A stretch of 31,469 nucleotides of DNA from an uncultured Candidatus Bathyarchaeia archaeon (GTDB taxonomy: Archaea > Thermoproteota > Bathyarchaeia > 40CM-2-53-6), in the NCBI GenBank assembly GCA_964428235.1, contig CAYRXJ010000001.1:5077-36545 (forward strand). Direction: 5' to 3'. The notes under the pieces were generated by a model that worked only from the letters and a program-made list of their open reading frames with translations, had not been told where the DNA came from and ran no database searches. The translations under genes and the position numbers were made by a program. Of the stretch, positions 7,547-15,265 are shown one piece after another; the first letter of the stretch is position 1; every line of letters starts with the position of its first letter.

Positions 7547-8581
7547 TTGCCAAACCCGTTAGTGCTGCATCACACCGGAATGGGAGCGCACCTGCAAGAC
7601 GGAGCAATCCCGTCAAGATATACGGACGTCCCAGATGAGTACCAAGCCGTTCAAACTCGTGCCGGGTTGATCGATGTCTCTCATCTGGGGCTACTGCAAA
7701 TAACGGGAAAGGACAAGCTCTCCTTCCTGAACGCTCTTCTTCCCAGCGAATTGTCCAAGCTCAAAGATGGATCGGGCATCCATTCGGCGTTGTTGAACAC
7801 TAAAGCTCGCGTCCTCGCGGATCTCTTCATCTACGCTCGAGGAGACGACCTGGTCGTCGACACATGCGACGTCGCCGGATTCAAAGTCAAAGACATCCTC
7901 GACCGGTTCATAATCACCGAAGACGTCAAGATCAGTGATATCGCTCCACAATTCGTCCACCTAACACTACAGGGACCGGAATCTGTAAGGATTATGAGGG
8001 AATTACTCGGAACGGAGCTCGGTGATTTGAAGAGCTTGGAAAGTCGGATGACCGGTCCAACGCTGGTCATTAGTCGCGACAGAACAGGTCAGTCAGGTTA
8101 CGACATAATACTTCCTAACGATGAGGCTGAAGCCGTGTGGCAGGGATTTCTCCTTAAGGGAATAACTCCCGTCGGCACCGACGCCCTGGAAGTCCTCAGG
8201 CTCGAGGCCGGATACCCTCGATACGGGATCGACGTGGACGAGAACACGATCATTCTCGAAGCAGGATTCAAGGACACGATCAGCTTCAGCAAAGGGTGCT
8301 ACTTAGGACAGGAAGTGGTCGCGCGCGCCACTCACATAGGCCGCGTGAACAAGAACCTCGTGCAGTTCCAAACAGAGTCGGAGCGTGTGCCTGCTCCAAA
8401 ATCAGTCTTTGACGCAAACGGTAAGGACGCTGGCTATGTCACGAGTGCCGCGTTTTCTCCAGGACTCAAAGCAGTTGTTGGTCTAGGATACGCCCTACGA
8501 GACTTTGCCAAGCAAGGAACCAAATTCCTAGTCGAGACAGAGCTCGGTCCACTATCCACAACGATAACGAAAGTGCTCTAG
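7547..8581 (+). CDS. ygfZ: YgfZ/GcvT-like folate-binding aminomethyltransferase family protein
   Basis: GcvT-type N-terminus (EYQAV...GLIDVSHLG..ITGKD), LRLEAG, and the YgfZ signature FSKGCYLGQEVVAR. Confidence 0.85.
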   Translation: MPNPLVLHHTGMGAHLQDGAIPSRYTDVPDEYQAVQTRAGLIDVSHLGLLQITGKDKLSFLNALLPSELSKLKDGSGIHSALLNTKARVLADLFIYARGDDLVVDTCDVAGFKVKDILDRFIITEDVKISDIAPQFVHLTLQGPESVRIMRELLGTELGDLKSLESRMTGPTLVISRDRTGQSGYDIILPNDEAEAVWQGFLLKGITPVGTDALEVLRLEAGYPRYGIDVDENTIILEAGFKDTISFSKGCYLGQEVVARATHIGRVNKNLVQFQTESERVPAPKSVFDANGKDAGYVTSAAFSPGLKAVVGLGYALRDFAKQGTKFLVETELGPLSTTITKVL

Positions 8582-9195
8582 TTCTTGCCAACTGCGTTCT
8601 TGAAGCAAGGCAAGTGCCAGACCTCAAGCTGGGTAGTCGCGGTCCTCTTGAAAACGACCGACTGGGTTTCGAACGAGATATTCTTCCGACAACCCACGCA
8701 GAAATTACCTGCTATGTTTGACGTGTTCGAGAACGTCAATCTCATGTTCTCTGACTCCTGACCGAGTTTCTGCAGCTTACTGTCGATGTAAGCTCTGAAA
8801 GAAGTGACATCCTTGTTGTTTGGGTTAACCTGGAGAATCTCGTTGATCGCCTCATCTGCATCTCCCAGTACCTTGACGATTTCCTGAAATCGTCCCAGCA
8901 TCTGGCTAGTCAACGCTCCGTCAACCATCAAAGAACCGTCGCTCATTGATTGAATCGGTTGCGGGAGGGCGCCTATCTCATCACTGATCGTGTCGGCGAT
9001 CTTATAGCAAAAATATGACCTCAGAAAGAGGAGTCCTTCTGACGCTGGGTGAGCGTTCAAGCCATCGTTAACAAGCTCCAGAGCGCCTGTGAAGTTGGCG
9101 CCTTCGGCCTCCTTCATTGCTGGCTCGACGAAGTGCTTAGTCTCTTCAGGGGTGCACTTGAGCGGAACATTGAATGCCCCAGCAGACGCTACCAA
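8578..9195 (-). CDS. Hypothetical protein with TPR-like helices and C-terminal CxxC...HxxC zinc finger
   Basis: ALELVNDGLNAHP and AINEILQVNPNN look like TPR units; CVGC...HLPC at the C-terminus. Start uncertain (TTG 9195, ATG 9117, or ORF-track 9294). Confidence 0.65.
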   Translation of the reverse strand: MVASAGAFNVPLKCTPEETKHFVEPAMKEAEGANFTGALELVNDGLNAHPASEGLLFLRSYFCYKIADTISDEIGALPQPIQSMSDGSLMVDGALTSQMLGRFQEIVKVLGDADEAINEILQVNPNNKDVTSFRAYIDSKLQKLGQESENMRLTFSNTSNIAGNFCVGCRKNISFETQSVVFKRTATTQLEVWHLPCFKNAVGKN

Positions 9196-9323
9196 GGACG
9201 AACGAGACCTAACAACGAGTGGAGCGAAAAAATAGCTTCCGTGCCCCGTAGAAAGGGGCCAAAGTACTACAACTCCGCGTGGACTCTCCACCAAGAATCC
9301 GTGAAGACTCCCGAGACAGTTTC

Positions 9324-9710
9324 TTACTTGGAAGAATCTCTCAGTTTCTCTTCGATCGTCTTCAGCTCGCCGTGCTCCTTAATCCTAATCTTCACGTCCA
9401 TGCTGAACGCGAGCCCTCCCCGACGGAGAAAAGAATACAATTCTTCACCGGAAATAGGTCCTCTGAGCCTGCCCTGGCCAACTAGGTTGGCGATGCTCGC
9501 TTCCAGTCGCTCGATTTCCGCAGGATAATATCGTCGCGCGGTCTCCATGACCTCGATGCCTCGATCGACAAGAATCTTCCGAACAACATCGCGAGGGGAC
9601 TCGGCGGGTTTTGGTGGAGAGGTCTCAGCTTGTTTGTTCTGAGACTGGAGCAGTTTCCGCCGAAGTTCTAGCGCCCGCTTCTGACGTTGCAGTTCTAATT
9701 CAGAAGACAT
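9324..9710 (-). CDS. PDCD5-related double-stranded DNA-binding domain protein (divergent paralog)
   Basis: ELELQRQKR..ELRR N-terminal helix and L..RG.EV...A...P......L..L...GRL.G.ISGEEL...L parallel the 11383..11727 protein. Confidence 0.7.
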   Translation of the reverse strand: MSSELELQRQKRALELRRKLLQSQNKQAETSPPKPAESPRDVVRKILVDRGIEVMETARRYYPAEIERLEASIANLVGQGRLRGPISGEELYSFLRRGGLAFSMDVKIRIKEHGELKTIEEKLRDSSK

Positions 9711-9760
9711 CCTTCAGGACTCCGATCAGGATAGAAAATCTCTGGCTGGTCTACATAAGC

Positions 9761-10459
9761 CTAGTTTCTAGACGACATCGATTTTCGCACAATCGCTTTC
9801 TCGCAATCGTACACCGCTCTAGCCACAACCGTCCACGCCTCTAAACTATGCTGGTCAATGCTGTAGGACTCGTTCGCGGCAGAGATCGACTTTGCGGAGA
9901 AGTGTCCGGTAGGGAATCCTCCAATCACTAGCGCTGCATCCTGTTTCCCGACAAGTCTCAATGCAACTTCTTCCAATGGCATCAAGTCAGCCTTTGTCGT
10001 CAGGGCAATCGTGAAACGGGATTTCTCAGCAACAAGCTCCTGAACACTTCCACGCCGTATCGATAACAGCGGCGGGCCACTAAGTGGAACGTTTCTCTCT
10101 GTATAGAGTTGCTCTAGCAAGGAAGTGAACCGGTCTGTGTTTCTTGGAAGTCTTGTTCTTGGATCAATTGTGATAATCCTGTTTTCTCTTGTGTGAATGT
10201 AGCATCGCAACTCACCAGAATGATTGAGCGGTGAACCGAGGGCAAGCAGTAGCGACAAGTGGGCTATGTCGGGGCGTCCTCTCCCGGCTCCTCGATCACG
10301 CAAATTGAGAATCGCAGAATGATGGTATGTCTGATCCAGGATTAGTTCGCCGGGCTTTTTTCCCTTCTTCTCAGCCAGCTTGACAACTGACGGGTGATGG
10401 ACAATTTCTTCTGGCACGAGCTCTATCGAGGAATCGGCCAGAATCAGCGAGAGGACCAA
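9761..10459 (-). CDS. nep1: Nep1/Emg1 16S rRNA pseudouridine N1-methyltransferase (SPOUT)
   Basis: LILADSSIELVP, LDQTYHH, GRGRPDIAH, SPLN, RLPRN..RF..LLEQL, IGGFPTGHF, SLEAWTVV. Confidence 0.93.
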   Translation of the reverse strand: MVLSLILADSSIELVPEEIVHHPSVVKLAEKKGKKPGELILDQTYHHSAILNLRDRGAGRGRPDIAHLSLLLALGSPLNHSGELRCYIHTRENRIITIDPRTRLPRNTDRFTSLLEQLYTERNVPLSGPPLLSIRRGSVQELVAEKSRFTIALTTKADLMPLEEVALRLVGKQDAALVIGGFPTGHFSAKSISAANESYSIDQHSLEAWTVVARAVYDCEKAIVRKSMSSRN

Positions 10460-10485
10460 GGAAGACCAATAACCAGCCTTATTCG

Positions 10486-10845
10486 GTGAGTGTTATGAAT
10501 TTCATGCGAGCACGGCCCGCCCGACAGAACCATGGAAAGCTGCGATCCGAAGTAGCCCAGATCGCGCGGGAACGAATTGGCATCCTTCTCGTTCAGGCCA
10601 AAGAGAAACTTTCCCAAAGCCCAGAATTGTCAAGAAGGTATGTCGAGCTCGCCCGGAAGACCTCCATGAGAACGAAAGTGAGGATCCCCAAGGAGAGCAA
10701 GCATTACCTGTGCAAGAACTGTGGTCTTCCAATGGTTCTAGGAACAAACGCGCGGCTTCGACTGCGTCCTGGCAATCAGAGAATAATTATCTCATGTCTT
10801 AGCTGCGGCGCTATCCGTCGATACCCCTACGACAAGGCGCGATAA
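10486..10845 (+). CDS. rnp4: Ribonuclease P protein component 4 (Rpp21)
   Basis: IARERI..L, ARKTSMRTKVRIP, CKNC...CLSCGAIRRYP zinc ribbon. Start could be 10486, 10495 or 10504. Confidence 0.92.
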   Translation: MSVMNFMRARPARQNHGKLRSEVAQIARERIGILLVQAKEKLSQSPELSRRYVELARKTSMRTKVRIPKESKHYLCKNCGLPMVLGTNARLRLRPGNQRIIISCLSCGAIRRYPYDKAR

Positions 10846-10867
10846 CAGACGCGTTTTCAATGAAGCC

Positions 10868-10875
10868 TTATATTA
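10868..10875 (+). promoter_or_regulatory. TATA box upstream of rps19e
   Basis: TTATATTA preceded by a purine-rich stretch, in an 84-bp spacer 55 nt before the start. Confidence 0.5.
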
Positions 10876-10929
10876 CGCAATAGCCGGCTTCCCGGCGAAA
10901 AATCAGAACGAACTAGAGCTAGGTACAAT

Positions 10930-11382
10930 TTGCCAACTGCATTTGAAGTCCCTGCAGAGGAACTCATCAACAAGCTAGCCAAGCACTTGAAAGAGAGCGT
11001 CAGCGACATTAGTCCTCCACCTTGGACCGAGTTTGCGAAGACCGGTGCTCACAAGGAGCGGCCTCCGCAGAATCCTGACTGGTGGTACTACCGGTGCGCC
11101 TCGCTCCTCAGAAAAATGTACGTGAGAGGCCCGGTAGGAGTCTCAAGACTCCGGGTTCAGTATGGTGGACATGTGACCCATGGCAATAGTCCCGCTCATC
11201 ACGTCCCTGCTGGGGGCTCCGCGATTAGAGAGCCTCTGCAACAGCTTCAGAAGGCAGAGCTTGTAGCGATTGACGGTAAGAAAGGTCGTAAACTCACGAA
11301 AGAGGGAATCGCACTTCTTAATCGTACGGCTACCGAGGTTGTGAAGGACTTGAAGGCGCGGCCTCGCGAGGCCCCAAACTAA
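10930..11382 (+). CDS. rps19e: 30S ribosomal protein S19e
   Basis: PPWTEFAKTGAHKERPPQNPDWWYYRCASLLRK, GPVGVSRLR, GRKLT. TTG start. Confidence 0.98.
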   Translation: MPTAFEVPAEELINKLAKHLKESVSDISPPPWTEFAKTGAHKERPPQNPDWWYYRCASLLRKMYVRGPVGVSRLRVQYGGHVTHGNSPAHHVPAGGSAIREPLQQLQKAELVAIDGKKGRKLTKEGIALLNRTATEVVKDLKARPREAPN

Positions 11383-11727
11383 ATGTCGAATGGAGACTAC
11401 TCAGACGAAGAGCTTGAAGCGTTACGGCGACGAAGAATGGCCGAGATGCAGCGTGCAGCCTACGACGAGCAGCGGAGATCACAGACTCAACAACAAGTTG
11501 AGCGGCAAAAGCAGTCTATCATTCGTCAAATTCTCACACCTGAAGCACGGCAACGGCTTGCGAACATCCGGATGGTCAAGCCAGAGTTCGCTGAGGAGCT
11601 AGAAATGCAGCTCATTCAACTCGCTCAGTCTGGACGCCTGCAAAACCAGATTACGGATGAACAACTGAAACGAACACTAGTCCAATTGCAATCGCAGAAG
11701 AAGGAGATCAAGATCAGGCGAGCATAA
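11383..11727 (+). CDS. PDCD5-like DNA-binding protein (canonical archaeal family next to rps19e)
   Basis: [55 protein letters not shown]; conserved position after rps19e. Confidence 0.95.
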   Translation: MSNGDYSDEELEALRRRRMAEMQRAAYDEQRRSQTQQQVERQKQSIIRQILTPEARQRLANIRMVKPEFAEELEMQLIQLAQSGRLQNQITDEQLKRTLVQLQSQKKEIKIRRA

Positions 11728-11728
11728 T

Positions 11729-11884
11729 ATGGCGCGCCACAAACCATCCGGTAAGAAAAAACATCTAGCACACGCTCTCAAGCAGGCCCAGCCTGTGCCA
11801 TCATGGGTTGTCGCCAAGACCGAAGGAAAGGTCCGCAGGACCCCGAAGGAGCGGCACTGGCGCGAGACGAAGATCAAGGTGTAA
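11729..11884 (+). CDS. rpl39e: 50S ribosomal protein L39e (51 aa; absent from the ORF track)
   Basis: Manual translation: MARHKPSGKKKHLAHALKQAQPVPSWVVAKTEGKVRRTPKERHWRETKIKV. Confidence 0.95.
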   Translation: MARHKPSGKKKHLAHALKQAQPVPSWVVAKTEGKVRRTPKERHWRETKIKV

Positions 11885-11889
11885 CATAA

Positions 11890-12351
11890 ACGTCCAAGAA
11901 ACAGGCTCCTGACTTAGAAGAGGACAACGTCGCTTCGCTAGAGGATGCTCCGGTCAAACCGGATGAGGAAGAAGCAATTGCAAAGCAGGAAGAACCTCAG
12001 GAGCTAGAGACAGAAGAGAAAACTCCTAAGGCTCCAGCCGAGCCCGGGGCCGAGGAGGCTGCGGGGGGCGAAGAAGAGGAGGAAGAAATAGAAATCGTCG
12101 AAGAGAAGTTCTACGATCTTAACCTCCGAAAGATCTGGGCTGCTCCCAGGGAGAAACGGACCCCTCGAGCCGTCAGATACGTAAGGGCATATGCTGCCGC
12201 AAGAATGAAAACAAACGATGTCTCCTTGAGCGAGGACACAAACAGCCTCCTATGGACGCGCGGCATAAGCAAACCGCCGCGGAAGATCCGGATCCGCGTT
12301 GTCAAGGACAAGGATGGCAAGGTAATCGTTTTTCCAGGTAAGGGAAAATGA
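11890..12351 (+). CDS. rpl31e: 50S ribosomal protein L31e with acidic N-terminal extension; apparent ACG start (absent from the ORF track)
   Basis: Manual translation: ...IEIVEEKFYDLNLRKIWAAPREKRTPRAVRYVR...LLWTRGISKPPRKIRIRVVK. The frame opens after TAA 11887-89 with ACG TCC AAG AAA; the first ATG (12205) is mid-domain. Confidence 0.92.
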   Translation, partial: TSKKQAPDLEEDNVASLEDAPVKPDEEEAIAKQEEPQELETEEKTPKAPAEPGAEEAAGGEEEEEEIEIVEEKFYDLNLRKIWAAPREKRTPRAVRYVRAYAAARMKTNDVSLSEDTNSLLWTRGISKPPRKIRIRVVKDKDGKVIVFPGKGK

Positions 12352-12415
12352 ATGGCGCCTATCATTCTCTCTAAAAGACTAGGATCTTCGCTGTAATGCT
12401 CCCGTCGAGTTTTGC

Positions 12416-12907
12416 ATGAAAGCAGGAATCACATACCTGATCCGTTCCCACAAATCTTCCGACTTGGAATGGGTCATCCAAGCCCATAGAGAAATCCCGC
12501 CCGGAGAGTTCGGCTTCGAGAAGGACTTCGGGCAAATGGTAGCGGGAATTGTCTCGGGTTTTGAGAAAAACTTCGATGAAGAGTACGAGCATTGTTGGAT
12601 CGCTGAAATAGCGGGGGACCAGGTAGGATGTGTCTTCCTTGTGAAGATCTCGGACAAGGTCTCCCAGTTGCGACTCCTGCTCGTTGACCCGAAAGCCCGC
12701 GGGCTAGGCATCGGAAAACAGATGATAAACGAGTGTGTCAACTTCGCTAGAGCCGTCGGCTACGATAAGATCGTCCTCGAAACCGATAGCATAGCAGTCG
12801 TTGCGCGTCACTTGTACCACAACACTGGTTTTAGACTAGTGTGCACCGTCCCGCACACATTCTACGGTCGAGAAACACTCGATGAGAGATGGGAGCTGAA
12901 GCTCTAG
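12416..12907 (+). CDS. GNAT family N-acetyltransferase (resembles the GNAT half of bacterial MarR-GNAT fusions)
   Basis: CWIAE..GDQVGCVFLVK...SQLRLLLVDPKARGLGIGKQMI.EC..FAR..GY.KI.L; acetyl-CoA motif A RGLGIG. Confidence 0.9.
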   Translation: MKAGITYLIRSHKSSDLEWVIQAHREIPPGEFGFEKDFGQMVAGIVSGFEKNFDEEYEHCWIAEIAGDQVGCVFLVKISDKVSQLRLLLVDPKARGLGIGKQMINECVNFARAVGYDKIVLETDSIAVVARHLYHNTGFRLVCTVPHTFYGRETLDERWELKL

Positions 12908-12908
12908 A

Positions 12909-13574
12909 ATGCCAGTCATTCTCTCTGATATTTTCGGGGACCCTAACGTAGGAATCTTTTCATTCGCCAACGACAAAATAGCAATTCTCCCTGCAGGCAT
13001 ATCTGAAAAGAAACTGGAGAGTTTTCACCAGACTCTCGGTGTAGAATCGTGCTCGGTTGGAGTCGCGGAGTCGAGACTTGTCGGAATCTATGTCGCCGGG
13101 AACTCCAATGCAGTCCTAGTCCCGTACATCACAACCAAAGACGAGTTGAAGCATTTACGATCAACAGGCACGAACGTGAAAGTTCTCAAGGAGAAGCGGA
13201 CCGCCCTAGGAAATATCATCCTCTGCAACGACAATGGGGCAAACATCGAACCACAAATCAAACCAAACACGATAATCTCCTTCGAAAGGAATCTGAAAGT
13301 CCCCGTTCGACCATCAACGATCGGAGGCCTACACCATGTTGGTGCGCTAGCGATGGCGTCAAACAAGGGAGTTCTCGCCAACCCGATGATAACGGAGAGC
13401 GAGAGCAAGACGATTTCAACAGTCTTAGGCGTTCCGGTTTCGAAGGGAACTGTGAATTCTGGGATACCCTACCCGAAAGCGGGCCTCGTGGTAAATTCTC
13501 GTGGGGCGATAGTCGGCTCTCATACCCTTGGTTCTGAACTCCTGACATTGAGCAATGCTTTCCAAACGGACTAG
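12909..13574 (+). CDS. eif6: Translation initiation factor 6 (aIF6)
   Basis: GDPNVGIF, SRLVGIYVAGNSN, TALGNIILCND.GA, GTVNSG.PY..AGLVVNSRGAIVG..T.G.EL. Confidence 0.96.
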   Translation: MPVILSDIFGDPNVGIFSFANDKIAILPAGISEKKLESFHQTLGVESCSVGVAESRLVGIYVAGNSNAVLVPYITTKDELKHLRSTGTNVKVLKEKRTALGNIILCNDNGANIEPQIKPNTIISFERNLKVPVRPSTIGGLHHVGALAMASNKGVLANPMITESESKTISTVLGVPVSKGTVNSGIPYPKAGLVVNSRGAIVGSHTLGSELLTLSNAFQTD

Positions 13575-13629
13575 GGTTAAAGTACCGCATCACGAAGGCA
13601 CAACTTCTCAAAGGGCAGGGGACATCATT

Positions 13630-13833
13630 CTGAGCCAGGTAAGACGCTTCAAGATCACCGGTGAACTCCGCAAGGGAGGAGACAAACTACCATTCACCAA
13701 AGAGATACGGGCAGTCAAGAAAGAGGACGCGCTACAACACCTGTATTCTGATATGGGTAGCAGGCATAAGGCTCGAAAATTCGAGATAAATGTGAAACAA
13801 GTCGAAGAGCTTCCAGAGTCTGAGGCGGCTTGA
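13630..13833 (+). CDS. rpl18a: 50S ribosomal protein L18a/LX (L20e); probable CTG start
   Basis: RFKITGE, FTKEIRA, LYSDMGSRHK....I....VEE. The homologous region begins at CTG-AGC-CAG (MSQVRRF); the alternative ATG 13555 lies inside eif6. Confidence 0.88.
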   Translation: MSQVRRFKITGELRKGGDKLPFTKEIRAVKKEDALQHLYSDMGSRHKARKFEINVKQVEELPESEAA

Positions 13834-14303
13834 TGGCGAGCCCTAAGAAGCAGGCCATCGCTCCTCGAAACGTGGACGAGGAGATGCGTCAGCTTCTTGT
13901 CGAGATAAGAATGCTCGAAGGAACCGCGCGCGTCCTCTCATCGCGACTTGACATAGTGACTGGGGCGCTCTCAGAAACCCAGACTGCGAAAGCGACTCTT
14001 GAGGGAACGAAGGGGTCTGGAAAGGATGCTCACATGCTAATTCCGATCGGGTCCGGCTCGTTCGTCAAAGCCAAGCTAGAAGATCCAACGCACATCATAA
14101 TTGGCGTCGGTGCAGGAGTCTGTCTAGAGAAGACCGTTGATGATTCGATAAAGGATCTTAATCTTCGAGCCTCCGAACTTGACAAAGCGAGGATCAATGT
14201 TACCCAACAGCTGAACCAGGTAATAGGCCAGACCGAAGACTATCGAGCCCACCTCGAAGATCTTGCACGGAGAAAAGGCGGTGGGCCGGTAGAGATTGTT
14301 TGA
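13833..14303 (+). CDS. pfdA: Prefoldin alpha subunit
   Basis: Coiled coil - MLIPIGSGSFVKAKL....IIIGVGAGVCLEK - coiled coil architecture; conserved position. TTG 13830 is an alternative start. Confidence 0.93.
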   Translation: MASPKKQAIAPRNVDEEMRQLLVEIRMLEGTARVLSSRLDIVTGALSETQTAKATLEGTKGSGKDAHMLIPIGSGSFVKAKLEDPTHIIIGVGAGVCLEKTVDDSIKDLNLRASELDKARINVTQQLNQVIGQTEDYRAHLEDLARRKGGGPVEIV

Positions 14304-15201
14304 CAAGCTCAGAGCACAATTCTCGAACTTCTACGATCGCGTGACGAAGACAGATCTCCACGGCAAAGACCTGGACAAAGTCCTAGGCGAATTCCAGCTC
14401 TCTCTAGTCGAGAGCGATGTCGCGGTTTCTGTCGCGGACTATGTAGCTACCGAGCTGAAGGAAAAACTGCAGGATGCCCAGTTCACCCGCTTCTCTGACC
14501 CTCGCGCCAAGGTCAAAGCGATCCTAAGCGATGTCCTACTCTCAGTTCTCGATAGGGCCGGTAGGCTGGACATCTTCGAGCTTATCGAAAAGAAACGAAG
14601 CTCGGGAGAACCTGCCATCATCGTTTTCATCGGGATCAACGGAACCGGAAAAACAACAAGCATCGCGAAGCTGGCCCACATTCTATTGAAGAAAGGACGG
14701 ACTTGCATCGTGGCGGCCGGAGACACGTACCGATCTGGTTCAATAGAACAACTAGAGCAGCACACCAAGAAGATCGGCGTGCGATTGATCAAGCATCAGT
14801 ACGGAGCCGATCCCGCCGCGGTCGCTTTTGACGCTGTCAATTATGCGAGAGCTCACGGAGTCAATGCCGTTCTGATTGACACTGCAGGCAGAATGCAGAC
14901 AAACACCAACCTGCTAGAGGAGATGAGAAAAATCGTTCGGGTCACGAAACCAGACCTGACCATACTTGTTGTCGACGCTCTTACCGGGAACGACGCTGTT
15001 GAGCAGGGAAAAGTGTTCTCGCAGGCAGTCAAGATCGACGGTATCATTCTCTCTAAACTAGACGCGGATGTTAAGGGCGGAAACGCGATATCCCTGTCAT
15101 ATATCATGGGCAAACCGGTGACCCTGGTCGGGACGGGTCAAGGCTACGACGATCTAGAGTCCTTCCAACCTCAGACGATCGTAAAGAACTTGCTCGGTTA
15201 G
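14296..15201 (+). CDS. ftsY: Signal recognition particle receptor FtsY (NG domain only)
   Basis: GINGTGKTTSIAKLA, AAGDTYR, GADPAAVAFDA, DTAGRMQTN, SKLDADVKGG, GTGQGYDDL. Confidence 0.97.
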   Translation: MFDKLRAQFSNFYDRVTKTDLHGKDLDKVLGEFQLSLVESDVAVSVADYVATELKEKLQDAQFTRFSDPRAKVKAILSDVLLSVLDRAGRLDIFELIEKKRSSGEPAIIVFIGINGTGKTTSIAKLAHILLKKGRTCIVAAGDTYRSGSIEQLEQHTKKIGVRLIKHQYGADPAAVAFDAVNYARAHGVNAVLIDTAGRMQTNTNLLEEMRKIVRVTKPDLTILVVDALTGNDAVEQGKVFSQAVKIDGIILSKLDADVKGGNAISLSYIMGKPVTLVGTGQGYDDLESFQPQTIVKNLLG

Positions 15202-15265
15202 ACGAATCGAAGATGGTGTAGAGCGGCTACGCTGGGTGCGAGCTAGCCCGTAATTGGGATGTTTT

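Noticed and set aside
10846-10929. Hidden yhbY-like gene or ncRNA between rnp4 and rps19e
   Set aside because: The 84-bp spacer is too short for the gene and is explained by a TATA box and one short hairpin (10883-96).
11870-11895. Programmed frameshift producing an L39e-L31e fusion
   Set aside because: An in-frame TAA at 11887-89 blocks the L31e frame just after the rpl39e stop, and no slippery sequence is present.
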